Shown: piece by piece, positions 56,964 through 64,000 of the stretch | Layout of the letters: every line of letters starts with the position of its first letter | Numbering within the stretch: the stretch's first letter is position 1 | Origin: Solirubrobacterales bacterium | GTDB lineage: Bacteria > Actinomycetota > Thermoleophilia > Solirubrobacterales > JACPNS01 | DNA: 64,000 nucleotides | Reading direction: 5' to 3' | Assembly: GCA_047605325.1 (NCBI GenBank) | Contig: JASGFX010000011.1 | Span: 534 to 64,533, forward strand | Notes under the pieces: generated by a model | Told to the model about the DNA's origin: nothing | The model's input: the letters and a program-made list of their open reading frames with translations, nothing else | Database searches by the model: none | Program-made: the position numbers and the translations under genes

Positions 56964-58687
56964 ACTCTCGGGCGCCCAGCCTGCTCTGGGGCGTATCGGG
57001 GTTCAAAAACCCTACCCGTCGAACGCCCGATGAAAGCCGCGCCGACCAGAGCGAAAACGGCGAGCACACCGGCCGCGATCGCGAGCGCTGGCACCGGCGC
57101 CTCGAGCACTTGACCGATCGTGATCTGGGAGGCGACGAAGACCGCCGCGAGCGCGGCCCAGGCGGGAGTGCGCGCGCCGCGATCCCACAGCAGCACGGCG
57201 GCTGCGCCGCCGAGCGCCCACAGGCCCAGCGAGGCCAGGTATGCCGGCTGGGCGAACGCGAGCATCGCGCTCGCCGCGACGTCGGCATACTCACGCAGGT
57301 CCTGCGGATCGCCGACCTCGTCGGGAACGCTGAGTGCGAGCGAAGTTCCGGACATCGCCTGCATCGCCACGACCCACGCGAACGCCCCGGCACCCGAAAG
57401 CGCGCCGTCGAGCGTGCGCGAGAGCGGCATCATCGCCGCGATGGCGGCCACCGCCGCCGGAAGCACGAGAAACATCGCCGCGCCCACCTGTCCGCCGATC
57501 GCGAGCGCCACCGCGCCGCCGGTCGCGGCCAGCGCCCAGCCGGCGCGCGGCATCACGAAGACCAGCACGGCGGCGATCAACGGCTCGATGAATGAGAGTT
57601 CTACCTGCGCCGCGAGCATCGAGACGGCGCAGACCGCCGCCGCGAGCGCGGCGATCCCGAAGCGCCAGATCCGGCCGCTGCCGGGCTCGGCGTACTCGGC
57701 GGCCGCGCGCGGCGCGCGGATAGCCGGGCGGTCGTGCGTGTAACTGTCGGAACGTTCACGCGGCGAGCGACCGAACAATCCGCGCACACGCGAGCGAAAA
57801 GTCGGCGCGGCGAGTGAATGGCTGAGCTCGGGGAGCGAGTCGTAGATCGCCTGGCCGAGCTCGGCGACATCTGGGCGCAGCTCCGGCTGCGGGTCGAGAC
57901 AGCTGTCGATCGTCCAGGTCAGCTCAGCCGGGAGATCGCGGCGCACCTTGGCCAGTCGCGAGCGGCGGCCCTTTCCGGGACCGGCGCCGGTGAAGCATTC
58001 GAACAGCACCAGCGCCAACGAATAGACATCGCTGGCCGGCGTCGCGGCATGGCCGGCCTCCTGCTCCGGCGCGACGTAGCCGCGCGAGCCCGCGTGTGGA
58101 CCCGCGTGCACGCGGCCACCGTGCTCGCTCGGATCGACGATGCTCGCAATCCCGAAATCCATCAGCTTCGCCGGCTGCACACGCCAGCCGCCCGAACCCT
58201 CGAGCCAAGCACTGGTGACCATCACGTTGGCCGGCTTGACGTCCCGGTGCACGACACCTTGGTCGTGCGCGTGCGCCAGCGCCTCACAGAGGGCGTAACC
58301 GATGCGTCCGGCGTCATTGTCGGACATCAAGCCTTCATCGATCATCGAGCCGAGTGTGTGGCCGTGGACCAGCTCGTTGATCATGTAGATGCGGTCCTGC
58401 TCGCTGACCACTTCGTAGAGCGAAACGATCGCCGGGTGGTTCAGCCGCGCCGTCGCGCGCGCCTCGCGCAGCGCATCGGCGGTGTCGGTGAGTTCCTGGT
58501 CGAGCACGAGCTCCTTGATCGCCACCGGCCGCTCGAGCAACATGTCGAAGCCCTCCCAGACCGTGCCGAAGCCGCCGCTGCCGAGCGGGACCAGCAATTC
58601 GAAGCGGTCCCGCAGCCGCACCTGGCGTGTGCTTGGCCGCAGTGCGCGCGTCGTGCGCTCACGCAGGGAGAGAGTGCGAAATCCCAT
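56960..58687 (-). CDS. Ser/Thr protein kinase with polytopic C-terminal membrane domain
   Basis: In-frame part of ORF 56960..59167 from ATG 58687 (MGFRTLSLRER). Contains GSGGFGTVWEG, AIKEL, VVHRDVKPANVMV and DFGIASI. The C-terminal ~230 aa form several hydrophobic Ala/Leu/Val-rich segments. Confidence 0.85.
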   Translation of the reverse strand: MGFRTLSLRERTTRALRPSTRQVRLRDRFELLVPLGSGGFGTVWEGFDMLLERPVAIKELVLDQELTDTADALREARATARLNHPAIVSLYEVVSEQDRIYMINELVHGHTLGSMIDEGLMSDNDAGRIGYALCEALAHAHDQGVVHRDVKPANVMVTSAWLEGSGGWRVQPAKLMDFGIASIVDPSEHGGRVHAGPHAGSRGYVAPEQEAGHAATPASDVYSLALVLFECFTGAGPGKGRRSRLAKVRRDLPAELTWTIDSCLDPQPELRPDVAELGQAIYDSLPELSHSLAAPTFRSRVRGLFGRSPRERSDSYTHDRPAIRAPRAAAEYAEPGSGRIWRFGIAALAAAVCAVSMLAAQVELSFIEPLIAAVLVFVMPRAGWALAATGGAVALAIGGQVGAAMFLVLPAAVAAIAAMMPLSRTLDGALSGAGAFAWVVAMQAMSGTSLALSVPDEVGDPQDLREYADVAASAMLAFAQPAYLASLGLWALGGAAAVLLWDRGARTPAWAALAAVFVASQITIGQVLEAPVPALAIAAGVLAVFALVGAAFIGRSTGRVFEPRYAPEQAGRPRV

Positions 58688-58822
58688 CCGTTGCTTTTTC
58701 GCGCACGAGCGGCTCTCGCCTGCAACAAAACTCGCACAATCGCGCATTCGAAAGGGGGAATCCGCCCGGTGCGCGGTGAATACTTCGTTACGATCCTCGC
58801 GCTCAATGCGGAGGGCACCTTT

Positions 58823-59893
58823 ATGGCTTCGTTTCCAGGCGATGAACACGACCGTCCGACCCGCGCGATGCGCGGCGGAGGCGACGATTCCGAGCACCAG
58901 CAGGTGATGCAGCGCCGCGCGATCGCCGGCGGCGTGATCGTGCTGTTCCTGATCCTCGTTCTTCTGCTCGCCAAGGGCTGCCAGAGCTCGCGCCAGACCA
59001 ACGCGATCAAGGAGTTCGTCAAGCAGACCAACTCGATCGTCACGCAATCGAACCAGACCTCCAAAGACTTCTTCGCGATGCTCAACGACCCGGGCGACGC
59101 CAGCGCGACCGACATCGAGACGTCTGTCAACGTGCAGCGTTCGCAGGCCTCTGAGCTCGTCCGCCAAGCTGCAGACCTGAAGGCATCCGGCGAAAACCTG
59201 CAGGCCGCCAAGCAGTACCTCGTCGACACGCTCGAGTTCCGCCGCGACGGCCTGACCGCGATCTCCAAGGAAATCGGTCAGGCGCTGGGCGACCAGGACC
59301 CCGACGCCGCGACCGAGAAGATCGCCGCCAACATGCAGCAGTTCCTGACCAGCGACGTGATCTACTCACAGCGTGCCTACGCATACATGAACGCCGCAGT
59401 CAAGGACAAGAAGATCGAAGGCGTCGAGCTGCCGGCAAGCCAGTTCCTGCCGAGCCTCGAATGGCTCGACCCGGCGCAGGTCTCCGACGCCTTCTCGCGC
59501 ATCTCCGGCAGCAGCAGCGACGAGACCGCCACGCCCGGAACACACGGCACCGGCATCACCGGCGTGACCGCTCAGCCGTCCGGGACGGCACTGACCGACG
59601 GCGCCACAGCAGATCTCAACGGGGCTTCTTCGATCGAGGTCGACGTGCAGAACCAGGGCGAGAACGACGAGACGAACGTCGTCGTCTCCTACAGCATCAC
59701 CGGATCGGGTTCGGCGATCAAGCAGAACAAGACGATCCCATCGATCAAGGCTGGCGAGACCACCAAGGTCACCCTGCCGCTGACCAAGATCCCCGCCTCT
59801 GGAGCGACGGCGACGATGAAGGTCAGCGTCAAGAAGGTCGCTGGCGAGCAGAACCTCGACAACAACTCGCAGACGTTCCAGGTCACCTTCTGA
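58823..59893 (+). CDS. Membrane-anchored hypothetical protein with CARDB-like C-terminal domain
   Basis: In-frame part of ORF 57818..59893 from ATG 58823, with GGAGGG 7 nt upstream. TM segment AIAGGVIVLFLILVLLLA. The C-terminus reads IEVDVQNQGENDETNVVVSYSITGSGSAIKQNKTIPSIKAGETTKVTLPL. Confidence 0.7.
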   Translation: MASFPGDEHDRPTRAMRGGGDDSEHQQVMQRRAIAGGVIVLFLILVLLLAKGCQSSRQTNAIKEFVKQTNSIVTQSNQTSKDFFAMLNDPGDASATDIETSVNVQRSQASELVRQAADLKASGENLQAAKQYLVDTLEFRRDGLTAISKEIGQALGDQDPDAATEKIAANMQQFLTSDVIYSQRAYAYMNAAVKDKKIEGVELPASQFLPSLEWLDPAQVSDAFSRISGSSSDETATPGTHGTGITGVTAQPSGTALTDGATADLNGASSIEVDVQNQGENDETNVVVSYSITGSGSAIKQNKTIPSIKAGETTKVTLPLTKIPASGATATMKVSVKKVAGEQNLDNNSQTFQVTF

Positions 59894-59896
59894 TTG

Positions 59897-59920
59897 CCTG
59901 AAAGGTTGCCACCTTTCAGG
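59897..59920 (+). terminator. Hairpin CCTGAAAGGT-tgcc-ACCTTTCAGG just after the stop codon
   Basis: Perfect 10-bp stem with a 4-nt loop, starting 4 nt after stop 59893. No T-tract follows. Confidence 0.45.
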
Positions 59921-59934
59921 GCAGTAGGCTGGAT

Positions 59935-60561
59935 GTGATGAGCTCTCCGCAGGGTCTTTACGAGTGGTTGGCGCTGGCCGGCGCAGCGGTCGCCGTGCTC
60001 TGCCTGATCGTGTTGCTCTGGAACAGCTTGGCGCTGCGCCGTCTGCGCCGCGCTCAGAAGCTCGTGCTGGCCGGCGGCGAGCGTGACGTCGTCGCCCACG
60101 CCGAGGCGTTGCAGCGCGAGTTCGTCTCGCTGCGCGACTGGCTGGAAGATGTGTCGGTCGTGCTCAACAAGCGCATGGAGCGGCTGGAGACCCGTCTCGA
60201 CGGCGCGGTGACCCACACCGCGATGGTCCGCTACGACGCATTCGGCGCGAAGTCCGGCAAGCAGTCGAGCAGCGTCGCATTGCTCGACGAGCACAGGAAC
60301 GGCGTGGTGCTCACGGCGATCGTCAGCCGCAACTTCTCGCACCTCTATGTCAAGAACCTCACCGCCGGCGTCTCCGACATCGAGCTCTCGCCCGAGGAGC
60401 GCCACGTCGTCGAGTTGGCCTTCGCGGCCCCTGGCGAGCCGCCCGCTCCACCTGCGCCGCCCGCTCCGCCACGCGTCGTGAGCAACGCACCGACCAGGCC
60501 GCCGGAGCCTCCCGGCGAGCCCGAGATCCGCGAAGCGCGGCAAGCCGGCGTTGAACACTGA
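59935..60561 (+). CDS. DUF4446 family protein
   Basis: N-terminal TM, a coiled region, then MVRYDAFGAKSGKQSSSVALLDEHRNGVVLTAIVSRNFSHLYVKNL...LSPEERHVVE. The tail is Pro-rich. Start is GTG 59935 or ATG 59938. Confidence 0.75.
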   Translation: MMSSPQGLYEWLALAGAAVAVLCLIVLLWNSLALRRLRRAQKLVLAGGERDVVAHAEALQREFVSLRDWLEDVSVVLNKRMERLETRLDGAVTHTAMVRYDAFGAKSGKQSSSVALLDEHRNGVVLTAIVSRNFSHLYVKNLTAGVSDIELSPEERHVVELAFAAPGEPPAPPAPPAPPRVVSNAPTRPPEPPGEPEIREARQAGVEH

Positions 60562-61438
60562 CGTCTCCAGCACACCGCGCCGGATCGGGCACCTCGGGCC
60601 GCCCGGGACCCACGGCGAGGAAGCGCTGCGCGCCGCGCTCGGCGGGCACGCGGCGAGCGCCGAGATGGTCGCGCTCGACTCGAATGGTGACGTCGTACGC
60701 GCGGTCGAATCGGGCGAGGTCGACGCCGGTTTCGTGCCGATCGAGAATTCGATCGAGGGCGCCGTCACCGAGACATTGGATGCCCTGGTGCACGACGCGC
60801 CGCGCGTACGAATCGTCGGCGAGGTCATCTGGCCGGCTCATCACGCGCTGATCGCGGCCGACGACATCCCGCTCGAGGAGATCGCGATCGTCACCTCGCA
60901 CCCGCAGGCGCTGGCCCAGTGCGCAGGATTCATCAAGGACTCGCTTCCGTGCGCAGAGCGGCTGGCCCAGGTGTCGACGGCCGGTGCGGTGCGCCACGCG
61001 GTTTTGCAGGGCGGGGGCTACGCGGCGATCGGGTCGCGCATCGCCGCCGAGATCTACGGCGGCGTGGTGCTCGCCGAACAGATTGAGGACGTCGCGGGCA
61101 ACAAGACACGCTTCGTCTGGCTTGCGCGCGAAGAATTCGTGCCACCGTGGGCCGGCGAGAACGACGCGCAGACGGTCAAGACCTCACTGGTCTTCTCGGG
61201 ATTCAACGACACGTCACCGGGCGGCCTGGTCAGCATCCTCGACGAGTTCGCCAAGCGCGAAGTGAACATGAGCAAGATCGAATCGCGCCCCGAGCGCACG
61301 TCACTCGGCCACTACCTGTTCTTTGTGGACCTCGACGGCAGCGCCGAAGACGCGCAGCTCGCCGCAGCGATTGAAGCGGTGCGGGCGAAGGTCAAAACGC
61401 TGCGGGTTCTGGGGTCTTTCGAGGCTTTCGAGGCCTGA
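60551..61438 (+). CDS. pheA: Prephenate dehydratase with ACT domain
   Basis: Contains IGHLGPPGTHGEEAL, TRFVWL and MSKIESRPERTSLGHYLFFVDLDG. The only in-frame start nearby is TTG 60551, giving an 11-nt overlap with the upstream gene. Confidence 0.88.
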   Translation: MNTDVSSTPRRIGHLGPPGTHGEEALRAALGGHAASAEMVALDSNGDVVRAVESGEVDAGFVPIENSIEGAVTETLDALVHDAPRVRIVGEVIWPAHHALIAADDIPLEEIAIVTSHPQALAQCAGFIKDSLPCAERLAQVSTAGAVRHAVLQGGGYAAIGSRIAAEIYGGVVLAEQIEDVAGNKTRFVWLAREEFVPPWAGENDAQTVKTSLVFSGFNDTSPGGLVSILDEFAKREVNMSKIESRPERTSLGHYLFFVDLDGSAEDAQLAAAIEAVRAKVKTLRVLGSFEAFEA

Positions 61439-61467
61439 CCGGGTTGGCTCATACTGCTGCTGGTTGA

Positions 61468-61505
61468 CAGGGCGGATGTTTGGATCAATCCAAACATCCG
61501 CCCTG
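61468..61505 (+). terminator. Perfect 18-bp inverted repeat CAGGGCGGATGTTTGGAT-ca-ATCCAAACATCCGCCCTG
   Basis: Read directly, 30 nt downstream of the pheA stop. No T-tract. It could equally be a protein-binding palindrome. Confidence 0.4.
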
Positions 61506-61510
61506 CGGTC

Positions 61511-61560
61511 GAGGTAGCGACCTGATCCAGTCGCGGGCTGCCTGAGGTAGCGACCTGATC
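61511..61560. repeat. Direct repeat GAGGTAGCGACCTGATC x2 (33-bp period)
   Basis: Identical 17-mers at 61511-61527 and 61544-61560, immediately after the 18-bp inverted repeat. Confidence 0.6.
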
Positions 61561-61773
61561 GCGCTCTAGACTTTCCGCTGTCCGATGTCAGGCAAGGCGC
61601 CACGCTCGAGCAGTGACTGCTCCGGGTCCGGCGATGTTCCCGGGCTCACCCGGTCGGAGAATCTCGACTCCCCGGCCGTCGGAGCGCTTGCGCCAAAAAC
61701 GCCCGCCGGAGCGCGCTACTCCTCACTTTCCGCACCCGCTCCTTCGCTGCACGTCCGTCGCAACGGCAACGCG

Positions 61774-62322
61774 ATGGGCGGCCGTGTGCTCGTGCTCAAC
61801 GCCTCGTACGAACCAATCAACGTCTGCACCGTGCGGCGCGCGATCGTCCTGATCCTCAAGCAGAAGGCCGAGGTGCTCGACGAGCACGACATCGAACTGC
61901 ACTCCGAGCGCAGCTCGATCACCAGGCCGAGCGTGATCCGGCTGCGTGCCTACGTGCGCATCCCGTACCAATCGCTGCGCCGCAAGATCACCCGCCGTGC
62001 TGTCTTCGCCCGCGATGGCTGGGAGTGCCAGTACTGCGGCCGCCGGGGCAGCCTGACGATGGACCACGTGATCCCACGCTCAAAGGGCGGCGACACCTCC
62101 TGGGAGAACGTCGTCGCGTGCTGCGCCGGCTGCAATCGGCGCAAAGGCGATCGCAGCGTCTCTCAGTCGGGCATGAAGCTGCGCACCCGCCCGCGGCCGC
62201 CGCACGCGACGATCTTCATCCACGTCGCCTCTCCGACGATTCCCACGCAATGGCTCCCCTACGTGCCGGCCACACCCGTGCTGCCCGAGGACGAGCCGCG
62301 CGAGCATGCCGACGCGGCCTGA
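61774..62322 (+). CDS. HNH endonuclease family protein
   Basis: In-frame part of ORF 61585..62322 from ATG 61774 ([17 protein letters not shown]). HNH motif: [41 protein letters not shown]. Confidence 0.85.
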   Translation: MGGRVLVLNASYEPINVCTVRRAIVLILKQKAEVLDEHDIELHSERSSITRPSVIRLRAYVRIPYQSLRRKITRRAVFARDGWECQYCGRRGSLTMDHVIPRSKGGDTSWENVVACCAGCNRRKGDRSVSQSGMKLRTRPRPPHATIFIHVASPTIPTQWLPYVPATPVLPEDEPREHADAA

Positions 62323-62399
62323 CTCCGCGCAACCAGCTCGGATATAGGATTCGCCCGAACTTCCACTCGGCAATCCATCCGAATCACAAAGGAATCCAC

Positions 62400-63002
62400 A
62401 TGCCTTACGAAGTCCCCGCACTGCCGTACCCCTACGACTCGCTCGCTCCGACAATCGACGAAGAGACGATGCACCTGCACCACGACAAGCACCACCAGGC
62501 TTACGTGGACAAGGCCAACGCCGCCCTCGAGGGCACCGAGTGGGCCGACAAGTCGATCGAGGACGTCGTCGCGAACCTCTCGAGCCTCCCGGCCGACAAG
62601 CAGGGTCCCGTCCGCAACAACGGCGGTGGCCACTACAACCACACGCTTTTCTGGGAGTCGATGAAGCCCGGCGGCAGCGAGCCGTCCGGTGAGCTCGCCG
62701 ATGCGATCAACGCCAAGTTCGGCTCGCTCGACGCCTTCAAGGAGCAGTTCGAGGCCGCCGGCGTGAACCAGTTCGGCTCCGGCTGGGCCTGGCTCGTGCT
62801 CGACGGCGGAGAGCTGGCGATCACCAGCACCGCCAATCAGGACAACCCGATCACCGACGGCAAGACGCCGCTGCTCGGCAACGACGTCTGGGAGCACGCC
62901 TACTACCTGACCTACAAGAACGTCCGCCCGAACTACCTCAAGGCTTGGTGGGACGTGGTCAACTGGGACGTCGTCGCGGAGCGTTACGCCGCGGCCAAGT
63001 AG
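62400..63002 (+). CDS. sodA: Fe/Mn superoxide dismutase
   Basis: In-frame part of ORF 62025..63002 from ATG 62400, with AAAGGAA upstream. Contains [20 protein letters not shown] and DVWEHAYY. Confidence 0.92.
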   Translation: MPYEVPALPYPYDSLAPTIDEETMHLHHDKHHQAYVDKANAALEGTEWADKSIEDVVANLSSLPADKQGPVRNNGGGHYNHTLFWESMKPGGSEPSGELADAINAKFGSLDAFKEQFEAAGVNQFGSGWAWLVLDGGELAITSTANQDNPITDGKTPLLGNDVWEHAYYLTYKNVRPNYLKAWWDVVNWDVVAERYAAAK

Positions 63003-63023
63003 TCCTACAGCGGACGCTCACGG

Positions 63024-64000
63024 GTGGCTGGGCCGAAGACACTCACCACCCGTGAGCTGAACCGCGCTCTGCTTGCGCGCCAAGGGTTGCTCACGCGCAA
63101 GCGAGTCTCGATCCCCCGCATGGTCGCGCAGACAGGCGGTCTGCAGACCCAAGAACCGCGCGACGCCTTCGTCTCCCTCGCCGCGCGGATCGACGGATTC
63201 GATCCGGAAAAGTTCCGCCGGGCCACCGAGCGACGCGAGATCGTTCGCGGCAGCTTCTATCGCTGCACGCTGCACACGGTCACGCGTGAGGACTTCCTGA
63301 GTTTCCGGCTCGCGCTCTCCGAAGTGATCGCACGTGACTCAGCCAACTGGCGGGATGCATACGCAACGTTCGACAAAGGCAAGGTGATTGCGGCGATCGA
63401 GCAACTGCTCGCCGACGGTGAGCCGCGCAGCCCAAAGGTGATCGGTGATGCGCTCGCCGCGCAGTTCCCCAAGGCCAGCCGCGAGGGGCTGATGAACTGC
63501 GCGCGCTGCCAGGTGCCGGTGGCGATGACCCCGACCGATGATCGCTGGGGCTACTCGCGTCCCGCGACGCTCGCACTGCCCGAACTCTTCCTCGGCGCCG
63601 AACTCGCCCCGGACACCCCCGAAGCCAAGACCGAGATCCTGCGTCGCGGAATCGCCGCGATCGGACCGGCGACGATCGCCGACCTGCGTACCTGGTCGCG
63701 TCTGACCGGCGTCAAGGAACTGCTCGAGCCACTCATCCCGCGGCTGCGCGAGTTCCGCGACGAGGCCGGGCGCACACTCTACGATCTGCCGCGCGCTCCG
63801 CGCCCGCGTCCCGACACTCCGGCGCCGGTGCGTTTTCTCGGCGAGTTCGACAACGTCTTCCTCTCGCACGACGATCGCGAACGGATCATCGATGCCGGTC
63901 ACTCCGACCGGTTCAAGATCAGCACGAACGGCCGACGCCGCTACACGTTCATGGTCGACGGCTTCGTCGCCGGCACGTGGAAACCGAAACCCTCCAGACA
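63024..64000 (+). CDS. Winged-helix DNA-binding / DNA glycosylase-like protein (YcaQ/AlkZ family), 3' partial
   Basis: My own translation from GTG 63024 is open to the window end: VAGPKTLTTRELNRALLARQGLLTRKRVSIPRMVAQTGGLQTQEPRDAFVSLAARI...FLGEFDNVFLSHDDRERII. It is absent from the ORF track because it has no in-window stop. Confidence 0.7.
   Translation, partial: MAGPKTLTTRELNRALLARQGLLTRKRVSIPRMVAQTGGLQTQEPRDAFVSLAARIDGFDPEKFRRATERREIVRGSFYRCTLHTVTREDFLSFRLALSEVIARDSANWRDAYATFDKGKVIAAIEQLLADGEPRSPKVIGDALAAQFPKASREGLMNCARCQVPVAMTPTDDRWGYSRPATLALPELFLGAELAPDTPEAKTEILRRGIAAIGPATIADLRTWSRLTGVKELLEPLIPRLREFRDEAGRTLYDLPRAPRPRPDTPAPVRFLGEFDNVFLSHDDRERIIDAGHSDRFKISTNGRRRYTFMVDGFVAGTWKPKPSR

Noticed and set aside
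61774-62322. The HNH endonuclease as the marker of a mobile element, prophage or restriction/defence island.
   Set aside because: There is no integrase, transposase, phage, methyltransferase or other defence gene nearby. The gene sits between pheA and sodA, both housekeeping genes. Small stand-alone HNH proteins of this type are common conserved chromosomal genes in Actinomycetota.

Overview
The window is a very GC-rich chromosome segment with strong GC3 bias. Gene content looks like Actinomycetota, possibly a Thermoleophilia-like lineage; the taxon is inference only.

Layout:
(1) 1-16581, minus strand: the 5' >16.5 kb of one giant secreted-protein gene. It has a signal peptide at ATG 16581 and is built from at least 12 diverged tandem ~1.3-kb (~420-460 aa) modules that I cannot assign to any named repeat family. 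It runs off the left edge and changes reading frame twice, near 12069 and at a 5-bp tandem duplication at 9676-9685.
(2) 16947-31660: an envelope-glycan / lipid-carrier island.
- Glycerol-1-phosphate-dehydrogenase-like gene, nucleotidyltransferase, and a divergent CDP-alcohol phosphotransferase. Three evenly spaced 21-bp palindromes lie between the divergent genes.
- Wzx-type flippase, a Wzy_C/O-antigen-ligase-like protein, an unknown membrane protein, and a LytR_C protein.
- CapD/PglF-type dehydratase, DUF354, and a DegT aminotransferase.
- DedA and a frame-disrupted uppP.
(3) purM, a hypothetical gene, and a GMC oxidoreductase overlapping an alkylsulfatase.
(4) An L,D-transpeptidase translationally coupled to a ~2,630-codon DUF11-repeat surface protein. 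That protein carries one in-frame TGA exactly where its repeat consensus requires Gly.
(5) A Ser/Thr kinase with a discoidin-like ectodomain, a DsbA-VKOR pair, ddl, and the conserved actinobacterial fhaA-fhaB-pstP-rodA-pbpA-pknB cluster preceded by an extra polytopic kinase.
(6) A hypothetical membrane protein, DUF4446, pheA, an HNH endonuclease, sodA, and a partial YcaQ/AlkZ-like gene.

I saw no rRNA, tRNA, CRISPR array, transposase or integrase.

The most interesting lead is the giant unclassified modular exoprotein lying next to a gene set that resembles an O-glycosylation or S-layer-glycan locus with a possible glycerol-1-phosphate branch.

Caveat: five to seven frame disruptions occur in 64 kb, including in the core-type genes uppP and probably pbpA. 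Sequence or assembly error must be excluded before any pseudogene or recoding interpretation.
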